This document shows positions 7,694 through 16,376 of a stretch of DNA of 38,247 bases, one piece after another. The stretch's first letter is position 1, and every line of letters starts with the position of its first letter. A program made the translations under genes and the position numbers. The DNA is taken from assembly GCA_021846725.1 (NCBI GenBank), contig JAJZWK010000002.1, positions 1 to 38,247 of the forward strand, read 5' to 3'. The notes under the pieces were generated by a model. The model had not been told where the DNA came from, made no database searches, and was given only the letters and a program-made list of their open reading frames with translations. Source of the DNA: Actinomycetes bacterium (lineage in GTDB: Bacteria; Actinomycetota; Acidimicrobiia; Acidimicrobiales; JAMCPL01).

Positions 7694-9604
7694 GTGTCTA
7701 ATGAGCAATATCCTGATAGGGCTGTTCTTGAGCGTAAAGAGCGGGAAGAGCTGAGAGAGATAGCGCGAGCACTGTCGATATCGATACCTGTCCGTCTTAA
7801 GAAGGCAGATATAGTTGATAGGATATTAGAAAAGGTTAATAATGGTCATGCGACCGACGATGGAAGTACGGGGTACGCAGAAGCCAATGGTAGTGCTCAG
7901 TACTCTGGTATTGCAGATCAGTCTGATACATTATGGCTATCCGTCGCACAGGAGTCTGTAGTACAAGAGACAACCACTACCCAGAAATCTACTACACAGG
8001 AGACAACTGCACAGGAATCCGTTGCACCCGAATCTGGTGTCCTATCGGGATCTATTGTCCCATCCGAGTCAACTGTTACCGAGGAATCCAGTACTACTTC
8101 TGAGCCTGATACCGCCCAAGAGTCCGGTGCTGCTGCAAAGTCAGTTACCACTGAAGAGCCTACTGTTGCAACTGAACCTCCCGCTACCGCCGCCACTGAG
8201 AAGGAGTCAATGGATGTTCAGGAGTCCGGTGCCGTGTCCGAGACTACTTCTGAGGCTACTGCCGTATCGGAAACTTCGAATATGTCCCACAGAGAAGAAG
8301 TTGCCAAAAAATCAGGCGACGAAATGCACCAGAAGAGCCAGAATCATGGACAGCAGTCCAGCTCATCTGGCAGGCGAAATCGTAGGAAAAGAGGGAAGGA
8401 CAGATCGGATAAAGCCAACGGAGAGATACAGGCTACCCAGCTTGACACTTACGACGGTGAACTTATGGCTACAACAGGAGTACTTGATTTAAGGGATGAA
8501 GGTTATGGGTTCATTCGTTCTGAAGGTTATTTGGCAAGTGCCAAGGATGTTTATGTATCTATAAGCCAGGTCAAGAAATTTGCTCTTCGCAAGGGAGACT
8601 GGATAGAAGGGGAGGCAAGACCTGCAATAAATAATGAAAAATATCCGGCACTTATACATATCGACACCGTGGGTGGAAAGGCTGCCGATGAGATAAGGGG
8701 ACGTTCAAAGTTCGAATCACTCACCCCACTTTTTCCTGATCAGAGATTGACAATGGAGATTCCAGGGGATACGGGTTCCAATGCGCTTACTGCTAGGATA
8801 GTCGATCTGCTCTGCCCTATAGGTAAGGGACAGCGAGGACTGATTGTGTCGCCACCAAAGGCCGGTAAGACTACCGTCATGAAGCAGATTGCTCGGTCTA
8901 TTGAGATTAATAATCCCGAAGTGCATCTTATGGTGCTTCTTGTCGATGAACGCCCTGAGGAGGTTACCGATATGCGTAGGTCAGTAAAGGGGGAGGTAGT
9001 CTCATCCACATTTGACAGACCAAGTGATGAACATACTACAGTTGCTGAGCTCGCTCTTGAGAGGGCAAAAAGGTTGGTAGAGTTGGGTAGGGATGTAGTA
9101 ATTATTCTTGACGGTATTACCAGGCTCGCCCGTGCTTACAATCTGGCACAGCCCGCTACAGGTAGAATCATGTCTGGGGGTGTGGATTCTGGCGCTCTAT
9201 ATCCACCAAAGAAGTTCTTTGGTGCAGCGCGTAACATAGAAGAGGGTGGTTCACTTACGATTTTGGCTACGGCTCTGGTAGAGACAGGATCGAAAATGGA
9301 TGAAGTCATATTTGAAGAGTTCAAGGGGACGGGAAACATGGAGCTACGTCTGGATAGACACTTGGCTGAGCGTAGGCTATATCCATCTATCGATGTAAAT
9401 GCTAGTTCTACCCGTCACGAAGAATTATTATTCAGTCCTGGGCAGTTGCAACAGGTCTGGAAGCTAAGGAGGGTGCTCAATGTTCTGGCTGCTGATGGTA
9501 ACGCGGCTGCAGGACTGGAGTTGTTGATGGACAAGATCAGGACAACCAAGAGTAATGATGATTTTCTGGACGATATTGCAAAGGGTCCGGCACCACCCCT
9601 GTAG
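7694..9604 (+). CDS. rho: transcription termination factor Rho with a long N-terminal insertion
   Basis: 636-aa ORF with a GTG start and GAGGTG 11 nt upstream. An N-terminal Rho_N-like helix (LRLKKADIVDRILE) is followed by ~190 aa of acidic Ser/Thr/Glu-rich low complexity and a basic patch (GRRNRRKRGKDR). Then come the cold-shock-like RNA-binding domain (GVLDLRDEGYGFIRS) and the RecA-type ATPase (Walker A SPPKAGKTT, LLVDERPEEV). Confidence 0.96.
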   Translation: MSNEQYPDRAVLERKEREELREIARALSISIPVRLKKADIVDRILEKVNNGHATDDGSTGYAEANGSAQYSGIADQSDTLWLSVAQESVVQETTTTQKSTTQETTAQESVAPESGVLSGSIVPSESTVTEESSTTSEPDTAQESGAAAKSVTTEEPTVATEPPATAATEKESMDVQESGAVSETTSEATAVSETSNMSHREEVAKKSGDEMHQKSQNHGQQSSSSGRRNRRKRGKDRSDKANGEIQATQLDTYDGELMATTGVLDLRDEGYGFIRSEGYLASAKDVYVSISQVKKFALRKGDWIEGEARPAINNEKYPALIHIDTVGGKAADEIRGRSKFESLTPLFPDQRLTMEIPGDTGSNALTARIVDLLCPIGKGQRGLIVSPPKAGKTTVMKQIARSIEINNPEVHLMVLLVDERPEEVTDMRRSVKGEVVSSTFDRPSDEHTTVAELALERAKRLVELGRDVVIILDGITRLARAYNLAQPATGRIMSGGVDSGALYPPKKFFGAARNIEEGGSLTILATALVETGSKMDEVIFEEFKGTGNMELRLDRHLAERRLYPSIDVNASSTRHEELLFSPGQLQQVWKLRRVLNVLAADGNAAAGLELLMDKIRTTKSNDDFLDDIAKGPAPPL

Positions 9605-9628
9605 TCGCTTAGTTCCTGCAGTCGCTTA
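9598..9628. repeat. 14-nt direct repeat (1 mismatch, period 17) spanning the rho stop codon
   Basis: cctgtagtcgctta at 9598-9611, containing the TAG stop at 9602-9604, and cctgcagtcgctta at 9615-9628. Confidence 0.85.
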
Positions 9629-9688
9629 TAATGAATGAATAAATATATACCGCCCTTATAACCCTTTATAATAAAGATAGGAGAGTCA

Positions 9689-9913
9689 ATGAAGCAAGAT
9701 ATACATCCTCAATATGGTGAAGCTGTTGTTACCTGTTCGTGTGGAAATCAATTTACGACCCGATCGACAAAGGCTGAGTTGCATATAGAATTATGTAACC
9801 AGTGCCACCCCTTCTTTACTGGCAAGCAAAAATTGGTTGATACTGGAGGGCGTGTGGAAAGGTTCAATCGTAGGTACGGGAATGCTGCCAAACGCCGTAA
9901 AAAGACTGTATAA
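9689..9913 (+). CDS. rpmE: 50S ribosomal protein L31 (zinc-binding type A)
   Basis: 74-aa ORF beginning MKQDIHPQY, with CSCGN...[10 protein letters not shown] cysteine pairs and AGGAG upstream. Confidence 0.95.
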   Translation: MKQDIHPQYGEAVVTCSCGNQFTTRSTKAELHIELCNQCHPFFTGKQKLVDTGGRVERFNRRYGNAAKRRKKTV

Positions 9914-9939
9914 TTCTAGGTAGTCAGTCTGATTGGGAT

Positions 9940-11034
9940 ATGGATGTTCCAAATCTAGAAAAATATGAGATTGAACGTGATGCAATAGCTGATCAACTCT
10001 CTAATCAAGAGGTATTGTCCCAGCCGGGCAAGTTGAAAGTTCTTTCAAAGCGCTTCAAAGAGCTTGAAGACATTGTAGCTATAGTGAAGCGCCTTCGCGA
10101 TGCCCAAGATGACCTCGATGCTGCTAAAGAGCTGTATAATGACCTCTCGGGTGATGAGAGAGAATTGGCCAGGATCGAAGTAGAGGATGCTGGCCATCGT
10201 CTTGAAAAGTGTGAGCAGGATCTTAGGGAGGCGCTGATTCCCAAGGATCCGAACAACGGTAGGGATGTCATGATGGAGATACGAGGTGCAGAAGGAGGAG
10301 AGGAAGCCAATCTCTTTGCCAAGGATCTATTTGAGATGTACCTACGCTATGCTGATCGTAGGAGGTGGAATTACGAGGTAATTTCCTTGAATCCATCGGA
10401 GCAGGATGGCATAAATGAAGCTGTGATTATAGTTAGTGGTGATGATGCATGGCAACGTTTGAAGCACGAGGGTGGACCTCACCGGGTGCAGAGGGTGCCG
10501 ATCACTGAATCCCAGGGAAGGGTGCATACGTCGTCAGCTACAGTTACCGTGCTTCCTGTTGCGGATGAACTGGAGATAGAGATTGATCCCTCTGAATTGC
10601 GTATAGATGTATTCCGCTCCACTGGTCCGGGTGGTCAGTCGGTGAATACGACGGACTCAGCTGTACGTATCACGCATATACCTACAGGAATTGTGGTATC
10701 GATGCAGGAAGAGCGCAGCCAGATCCAGAACAGGGCAAAGGCTATGCAGGTTCTTCGTTCCAGGTTGCTCCAGCTTGAGCAGGAGAGGAAAGAAGGTGAG
10801 GAGTCCATATTGAGGAAGAGCCAGGTGGGTGGTGGCGGTCGCTCGGAGAAGATTAGAACGTACAACTTCAAGGAAAACAGGGTGACTGATCATAGGATAA
10901 AACTGACTTTGTACAAACTTGACAGGGTGTTGGCAGGCGATCTCGATGAGCTGGTAGATGCCCTGCTTGCCGACGAGAGGTCGCGTCAATTGTTGAACAG
11001 CTCCTTGACTGGCGAGCCACTGGCAGTTGGTTAG
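9940..11034 (+). CDS. prfA: peptide chain release factor 1
   Basis: 364-aa ORF with the GGQ motif (STGPGGQSVNTTDSAVRITHIPTG) and the PxT-type tripeptide region (RVPITESQGRVHTS). Confidence 0.97.
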   Translation: MDVPNLEKYEIERDAIADQLSNQEVLSQPGKLKVLSKRFKELEDIVAIVKRLRDAQDDLDAAKELYNDLSGDERELARIEVEDAGHRLEKCEQDLREALIPKDPNNGRDVMMEIRGAEGGEEANLFAKDLFEMYLRYADRRRWNYEVISLNPSEQDGINEAVIIVSGDDAWQRLKHEGGPHRVQRVPITESQGRVHTSSATVTVLPVADELEIEIDPSELRIDVFRSTGPGGQSVNTTDSAVRITHIPTGIVVSMQEERSQIQNRAKAMQVLRSRLLQLEQERKEGEESILRKSQVGGGGRSEKIRTYNFKENRVTDHRIKLTLYKLDRVLAGDLDELVDALLADERSRQLLNSSLTGEPLAVG

Positions 11035-11182
11035 TGGTCTGTCCCGTAAATAACCATGGGTTCCTGCCAACCAGATAATGCCCCTTACTTACTGAATAAT
11101 GTTACGCTATTTAGAGGATCAGTGGATAGGCATCTTAGGTTTGTCGTCCCCCTGACTTCACATGACTGCGTTGTCGTCGTCG

Positions 11183-11212
11183 GGCAGGCACTCCAGCCTG
11201 CCTTTCCTTCTT
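11183..11212 (+). terminator. candidate intrinsic terminator downstream of prfA
   Basis: GGCAGGC-actcca-GCCTGCC forms a 7-bp GC-rich stem with a 6-nt loop at 11183-11202, followed by the T-rich tail tttccttctt. Confidence 0.35.
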
Positions 11213-11336
11213 CGCATTGCCTTGCTCACCTGGATGAACGACTCTCAGATCCAAGCTGCCTATCCGCTGAGCCTCTTGCAGAACAGACCACTACCAGTAT
11301 TTATCGTAGGTGGCAGACTTTTGTATATGACTGGCT

Positions 11337-12254
11337 ATGAGTGAAATGACTCAAATGACTCTGAAGGATGTCATACCCCAATGTGTGGGGGTAACAGGAT
11401 CGTTGCAGAGCGCCTACTGGCTTATTGAGGAACTTACCGGGTATAGCAGTACCGAAGTAGTGCTACATCCAGGCATATGCCTGACCACTACGCAGTTGGC
11501 TATATTGAGCGAGGCAATTGATCGTCTACGTGCTTTGGAACCATTGCAATATGTTATTGGCAAATGGAACTTCAGAGGGATCGATTTAGTCTGTGATAGA
11601 CGTGCACTGATACCCAGACCTGAAACTGAAATAGTGGCAGAGGCTGCGATAGAGAGAGTAGTAGAAGCTGCTATTGGTAAGATGTATGGGGGGAGTTTAC
11701 TGGTAGCAGACCTTGGAACGGGTTCTGGAGCCATTGCTTTGTCTATTGCCAGTGAAGTAAATAAGCAATACCCTGAGGTAGATCTATCTGTAGTGGCAAC
11801 AGATATATCGCATGATGCGCTTGAATTAGCACAAGAGAATATGGAGCTTATGGCACGTTCGCAACCGAAAATAACTGAGCTGGTTAGTTTGAGGTATGGA
11901 TCGTGGTATGATGCATTACCAACAGAGACAAGGGGCAGATTTTCAGTTATTGTTTCCAACCCACCCTATCTTTCTTACAATCAGTGGAATGAATTGGAGT
12001 ATATGGTAAGAGAGCACGAGCCTGAGATTGCTCTGGTGGGTGGCGACAGTGGCGTAGAGTGCCACCGCCATTTGATCGATGGTGCTCCGCAGTGGCTTAT
12101 GCCCAATGGCTGTATCGTATTGGAGATTGACCCATCGCAAGCTGATATTGTAGCGGACATGGCAACTGTGGCCGGTTTTCAGGACATTACCGTCAAGGAT
12201 GACTTGTGCAAACGCCCTAGGATGCTAATTGCCAGCGGACTAGGTACGTACTAG
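11337..12254 (+). CDS. prmC: release factor glutamine N5-methyltransferase
   Basis: 305-aa ORF with LIPRPETE, SAM motif ADLGTGSGAIAL, the catalytic VSNPPYL (NPPY) motif, and a position after prfA. Confidence 0.9.
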   Translation: MSEMTQMTLKDVIPQCVGVTGSLQSAYWLIEELTGYSSTEVVLHPGICLTTTQLAILSEAIDRLRALEPLQYVIGKWNFRGIDLVCDRRALIPRPETEIVAEAAIERVVEAAIGKMYGGSLLVADLGTGSGAIALSIASEVNKQYPEVDLSVVATDISHDALELAQENMELMARSQPKITELVSLRYGSWYDALPTETRGRFSVIVSNPPYLSYNQWNELEYMVREHEPEIALVGGDSGVECHRHLIDGAPQWLMPNGCIVLEIDPSQADIVADMATVAGFQDITVKDDLCKRPRMLIASGLGTY

Positions 12255-12261
12255 TACTATT

Positions 12262-12343
12262 AATGGTATTGGGTTATTAATTCGGGGCGGGGAGCCCAAC
12301 CTTAAAGCCGGGTGCATGCTATGAATGGTATTGGATTATTAAT
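12262..12343. repeat. 20-nt direct repeat (1 mismatch, period 62) at the prmC/lipase convergent junction
   Basis: aatggtattgggttattaat at 12262-12281 and aatggtattggattattaat at 12324-12343. The second copy contains the stop codon of the minus-strand lipase gene (12339-12341). Confidence 0.9.
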
Positions 12344-13616
12344 AGTTGATCGATTTGGCACAGTTGGAAGGTATACTTCTTTTTGCAGATATATTCTGAA
12401 TCCATTTTTCTACTGACGATTGGGCGGCCTGTAATATTGTCCCATGTCCTGCACTGGGAGATATAAATGTATATACTCCAGCTGGATCACTGTGGCAAGC
12501 TTTATGGATGAAGGATTGGTACGCAGAGTTCGGGATAATTATATCCTTTCTACCGTAGGCCACGAACATTGGCATATCGGTACTTGAGTTGCCAGGGTCG
12601 TTCTCATGTAGCAGGGCAAGAAACGTTGAATTGGAGAGTAGCCCAGGTGGTGTCAATGATTTGGCTGGTATCGATTTGTAGGTATTGCTGATACCGTTTT
12701 GGCATTCGGTGAATAACGACCCAAGTAGCATTTTTGATCTGGCTCTTGCTGATAGGAGACTACTTAAGGGGAGGTTCTTGTATGTGTGCGACCAGGCGAA
12801 AGCGAGGGTAACATACAGTCCGTTCAATGTGCTGAACCTGCGTAGGCTGGTGAGTGTCCTTACTAATCCTACAGCGGGGGCCTCCACTGCTACTCCCATT
12901 ACGTGTAGGTTGGGTGTATATTTCTTAGCTATTTGAGAGGCAAAGAGTGCCGCCTGACCTCCCTGTGAGTATCCAAATAATATATCATTATAAGATATTC
13001 TATATCCAGGGATTTCAGTAGCTGCCAGGGCGGCATCAAGCATATCCATTCCTTCTGCGGTACCCACAAGGTAGGGGTCGACTCCTGGGGTGCCCAAACT
13101 TTGGTAATCGGTTGCCACTACTGCATATCCGTGTTGAGTGAACCAGTTTAGGTAGGGGACTTCTAGGTATTGATACCTTGAGGGAGCACATATTGGAGCC
13201 AATCCATCGGTCGGATGAGCCCAATTGATTACCGGCCAGCCGCCTGAGGGTGGTTTTTTTCGAGGTATTACTGCAAATCCAGATACCATTACAGTGGAAT
13301 TATCGATCGAGTGTGATGTGTAGAGCATTCTGTAACCTATTGAGTCTGGGGGTAGGTGTACATTGGGTGCTAATCGTTCTATCCTGATCAGGGTGCCATG
13401 GGGAGTATTAGTAGGGATGGTAGGTGGGTCGTAAAAGGTCAACTGGTTCTCCCATGACCATGGAATGCTTTCTACCGCTACTCGCTTATGTGGGATGGTA
13501 TGTCTCTGAACTGTTGTCAGGTAAATGATTGTACCACCTACTGCAATTGCAAGGGCAATAGAGCCAACAGCGGCTAGAGTTTTGCCTCTATTCAGCGCTT
13601 TGTCTCTATGGTGCAA
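12339..13616 (-). CDS. membrane-anchored alpha/beta hydrolase, secretory-lipase-like
   Basis: 425-aa ORF with an N-terminal TM anchor (LAAVGSIALAIAVGGTIIYL) and the nucleophile elbow GYSQGGQAAL (GxSxG). Its overall layout matches actinobacterial LIP-family lipases. Confidence 0.75.
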   Translation of the reverse strand: MHHRDKALNRGKTLAAVGSIALAIAVGGTIIYLTTVQRHTIPHKRVAVESIPWSWENQLTFYDPPTIPTNTPHGTLIRIERLAPNVHLPPDSIGYRMLYTSHSIDNSTVMVSGFAVIPRKKPPSGGWPVINWAHPTDGLAPICAPSRYQYLEVPYLNWFTQHGYAVVATDYQSLGTPGVDPYLVGTAEGMDMLDAALAATEIPGYRISYNDILFGYSQGGQAALFASQIAKKYTPNLHVMGVAVEAPAVGLVRTLTSLRRFSTLNGLYVTLAFAWSHTYKNLPLSSLLSARARSKMLLGSLFTECQNGISNTYKSIPAKSLTPPGLLSNSTFLALLHENDPGNSSTDMPMFVAYGRKDIIIPNSAYQSFIHKACHSDPAGVYTFISPSAGHGTILQAAQSSVEKWIQNISAKRSIPSNCAKSINY

Positions 13617-14772
13617 TGGTAACCAGAGTACCTATCGGAGTGTAGGGATATACCTTTTGTGCTACAGGAATAGGTTGTTCTACACAACCTAGGCTCTGAG
13701 GCCATCCATATGATGCTCTATAAAATCCGTGTAGTGCATCACTTTGGTAAAAGTAGCTGATCCAGTGAACTGGGTCCGCGTAATGGGTACCATTGGGGTT
13801 GGTTCCCCTCATTATCTGGAAGGGGTAACGCAAATACACCGTGAAAGTACCATTTGGAGTAGGGGATTGAGGTATGCCGGTGTTGATTGGTGTAGTAATG
13901 ATTACCTGTCCGTTGCTGTACAGATCCATGGTCTCGGGAAGGTGCTTTGTTACATAGACATAGTCGTATGGCTTTGGATCGGTCTGTCCTTTAGTCACCG
14001 CAGTAAGGAGTGCTTTCCATACCTGTGGACCTACAATCCCATCTGTGGTGAGATCATGCTGATCTTCGAATGCCATGACAGCACCTTTGGTTACCAGGTT
14101 GGGCTGTCCAGGTGTCCACATGGATTGGAGGTATTGTTGCATACTGGACCACTTCCAGCTGAAAGTACCTGGTTGCACTATGGCTTCATTTTGTGGTGCA
14201 ACTGGGGTAGAGCTGGAGGGGTTGAAAGCAAGTGGAAGATAGCCCAGCTGGGCAAGAATTTGCTGTGCTCTCAGGAGTGAGCCTGGAGCAATATTGAATA
14301 CCACGCTGCTGCTGGATGGCAGAGTCTCTCCCGTGGTACTCTTTATGCCGCTGGAACCTCCTGGAATGTTTACAGTTTCGGAACTGGATGGCAGGAAGCT
14401 GGCAGATGGTTGGAATGTGAGCGTATTTGGAGATATGCGTGACCATTGTCCGGGTATCGATGGCGAGAGGGATGGCACAGGGATGTTTGTCTGTAATGGT
14501 GCTGAAAATGTAATTGTTATACCTGTGTTTGGGGCTACATTTGATGCCCCGGGATTAGGTGTTACGTTGGTGATACTAAGGGCAGGCAGAGTTGTAGATT
14601 TTGTATGATTGCCTGGCCCTGTACTACTGGCACCGGCAAGGTTTATTTTACCACTTGAGCCGACCACCACTGCAGCGGCAGCTACTACTGCAATGCCAGC
14701 AACGATAAGCAACGATGCAGCACCCCTATGGCTTTTTGATAGTCCTTTCCCATAACTCGTGCGCATAGTCAT
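13606..14772 (-). CDS. L,D-transpeptidase family protein
   Basis: 388-aa ORF with an N-terminal TM anchor and an Ig-like segment (ITNVTPNPGASNVAPNTGITITFSAPL). The C-terminal YkuD catalytic signature is LHGFYRASYGWPQSLGCVEQP. It overlaps the downstream lipase gene by 11 nt. Confidence 0.85.
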   Translation of the reverse strand: MTMRTSYGKGLSKSHRGAASLLIVAGIAVVAAAAVVVGSSGKINLAGASSTGPGNHTKSTTLPALSITNVTPNPGASNVAPNTGITITFSAPLQTNIPVPSLSPSIPGQWSRISPNTLTFQPSASFLPSSSETVNIPGGSSGIKSTTGETLPSSSSVVFNIAPGSLLRAQQILAQLGYLPLAFNPSSSTPVAPQNEAIVQPGTFSWKWSSMQQYLQSMWTPGQPNLVTKGAVMAFEDQHDLTTDGIVGPQVWKALLTAVTKGQTDPKPYDYVYVTKHLPETMDLYSNGQVIITTPINTGIPQSPTPNGTFTVYLRYPFQIMRGTNPNGTHYADPVHWISYFYQSDALHGFYRASYGWPQSLGCVEQPIPVAQKVYPYTPIGTLVTIAP

Positions 14773-14876
14773 TAATTATATTACCTATGCAACCAAATGA
14801 TGCGTCACTATCCTGAAATAGCCAATATTTTTGACATCTTAAGCCAAGTTGCGAAATAAGTAGTAAACTGAGTTTT

Positions 14877-15647
14877 GTGGCGAGATCGATAGCGGTGGCA
14901 AATCAGAAAGGTGGGGTAGCGAAGACTACTACAGTTCATAATCTTGGCTATGCGCTTGCCAAAAAAAATGCCAGAGTGTTACTGGTTGACCTGGATCCTC
15001 AGGGATGCTTGACTTATTCGGTTGGCATAGACCCTGACAGTTTGAAAGTATCTGTACACGATATTTTTGTCAGGCGTGCTAAAGCTGCAGACGTAAAGGT
15101 GGCGATAGAATCGGATGATCCGAGAATGACCCTGGATATCTTGCCAGCCAATATCGACCTGGCAGGTTCTGAGGTGTACTTGTTGACCAGGACAGGTAGA
15201 GAGCATGTATTGTCCAGGGCGCTCAAGCCCCTGGCAGAGGAGTATGATTTCGTTCTCATAGATTGCCCCCCATCCCTTGGAGTACTTACGATAAACGGTC
15301 TCTCAGCAGCTAATGAGGTAATAGTTCCCATGCAGTGCGAGACATTAAGTCATAGAGGGGTTGGTCAGTTGCTTGAAATACTTGAAGATGTGAAGACATT
15401 TGCCAACCCGCACCTGAAGGTAAGAGGAGTGATAGCTACGATGTATGACGGCAGGACGCGTCATGCTCGTGAGATGCTGGAGAGCCTGGGTACGCGTTAC
15501 GGACTGGAGGTGTTGGATCCACCGGTACATAAGTCGATACGTTTTGCGGAGTCACCGTCAAAAGGAGTCTCTATTCACCAGCATGCTCCGGTGTCGCCAG
15601 GGGCGAGAGCATATGCAGCTATAGCCGAACAGCTAATGAAAGGATAG
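14877..15647 (+). CDS. ParA/Soj/MinD-family P-loop ATPase (orphan; no parB nearby)
   Basis: 256-aa ORF with a GTG start and the deviant Walker A NQKGGVAKTTT, then VLLVDLDPQG and FVLIDCPPSLG. Confidence 0.92.
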   Translation: MARSIAVANQKGGVAKTTTVHNLGYALAKKNARVLLVDLDPQGCLTYSVGIDPDSLKVSVHDIFVRRAKAADVKVAIESDDPRMTLDILPANIDLAGSEVYLLTRTGREHVLSRALKPLAEEYDFVLIDCPPSLGVLTINGLSAANEVIVPMQCETLSHRGVGQLLEILEDVKTFANPHLKVRGVIATMYDGRTRHAREMLESLGTRYGLEVLDPPVHKSIRFAESPSKGVSIHQHAPVSPGARAYAAIAEQLMKG

Positions 15648-15653
15648 TACTAT

Positions 15654-16265
15654 ATGGCAGGTTCTGATCCACTCGGGAAGAGGGCATTATTCTGGTTGGC
15701 ACCTTCGGAAGAGCAGTCGAAGGGGAGCAAGGTCAAGACAACCAAGCGTTCTGACCGTGCAATTGATGAGGGACGTAGAGCATTTTATTCAAAGAATGCC
15801 ATCCGACAGGACGACGGGACGGGTGGTTCGACGCGAGGAGTGCGTGGCAGGGTCAGGCGTGATGTTGGTGATCGTTACGTTAGTGGGCACAGTGGTGGTG
15901 ATGCCTCACTTACGTTAGCAGATACAGATGTTGTGTCCAGTAGTATGTCAAGTAGGCGTTCAGAGAACGATACTAATCCTAGGAAGAATGATGCTAATTC
16001 CAGGAATGGCAGTAGAGCAAAGAACGTTGACAGGACAAGAAGTGCCAGCAAAGCGGAGAATTGCCCATATGGCATTCTTTGTGTAGATATAACATGTGGA
16101 TCATGTAAAAGAACTACCACGGTAACCATACAGGAGTTCCTGATGATGCATTGGCCGATATGGGTATGGTTGCCCGGTAAGGGAAACACCCATCTGCTAA
16201 CATGCCCAATGTGTCGAAAACGTACGTGGTTGTCTGTATCGTGGCCGTCGAGCAGTCGGGCATAA
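15654..16265 (+). CDS. hypothetical protein: basic disordered N-terminal two-thirds plus C-terminal CxxC...CxxC zinc-ribbon-like module
   Basis: 203-aa ORF starting 6 nt after the ParA-like gene. The N-terminal peptide is DPLGKRALFWL. A long R/S/D/N/G-rich segment follows, and the C-terminus is CGSCKRT...(Trp-rich hydrophobic stretch)...CPMCRKRTW. No family recognised. Confidence 0.6.
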   Translation: MAGSDPLGKRALFWLAPSEEQSKGSKVKTTKRSDRAIDEGRRAFYSKNAIRQDDGTGGSTRGVRGRVRRDVGDRYVSGHSGGDASLTLADTDVVSSSMSSRRSENDTNPRKNDANSRNGSRAKNVDRTRSASKAENCPYGILCVDITCGSCKRTTTVTIQEFLMMHWPIWVWLPGKGNTHLLTCPMCRKRTWLSVSWPSSSRA

Positions 16266-16281
16266 CCGTCGAGCAGTCGGG
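16245..16281. repeat. 16-nt perfect direct repeat (period 21) spanning the stop codon of the 203-aa ORF
   Basis: ccgtcgagcagtcggg at 16245-16260 and again at 16266-16281, with the TAA stop (16263-16265) between them. Confidence 0.95.
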
Positions 16282-16376
16282 GATGCTATCAATAGATTGG
16301 TGGTGCTCACCGGTCGGTCGCGCCTTGAAACAACAGCCGAAAATAATCTCTGCCCGTATGGGAAGATCATGGTAGT

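Noticed and set aside
7918-8492. ORFs in alternative frames or antisense within the rho insertion (7918-8196 minus; 8022-8492 plus).
   Set aside because: They are by-products of the low-complexity repetitive coding sequence, and the rho frame is unambiguous.
11056-11340. 94-aa ORF filling the prfA-prmC spacer, considered as a feature call.
   Set aside because: It has no Shine-Dalgarno and no recognisable domain, and it contains the terminator-like hairpin. It is kept only as a question in the findings because of the ATGA overlap with prmC.
13744-14608. Plus-strand ORFs (178 aa and 104 aa) opposite the L,D-transpeptidase gene. The same applies to the many 60-160-aa ORFs opposite sdhA/sdhB (19368-22195), the glycosyltransferase (34702-37735) and other long genes.
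   Set aside because: They lie entirely inside well-supported genes on the other strand and have no motifs or ribosome-binding sites. They are typical shadow ORFs.
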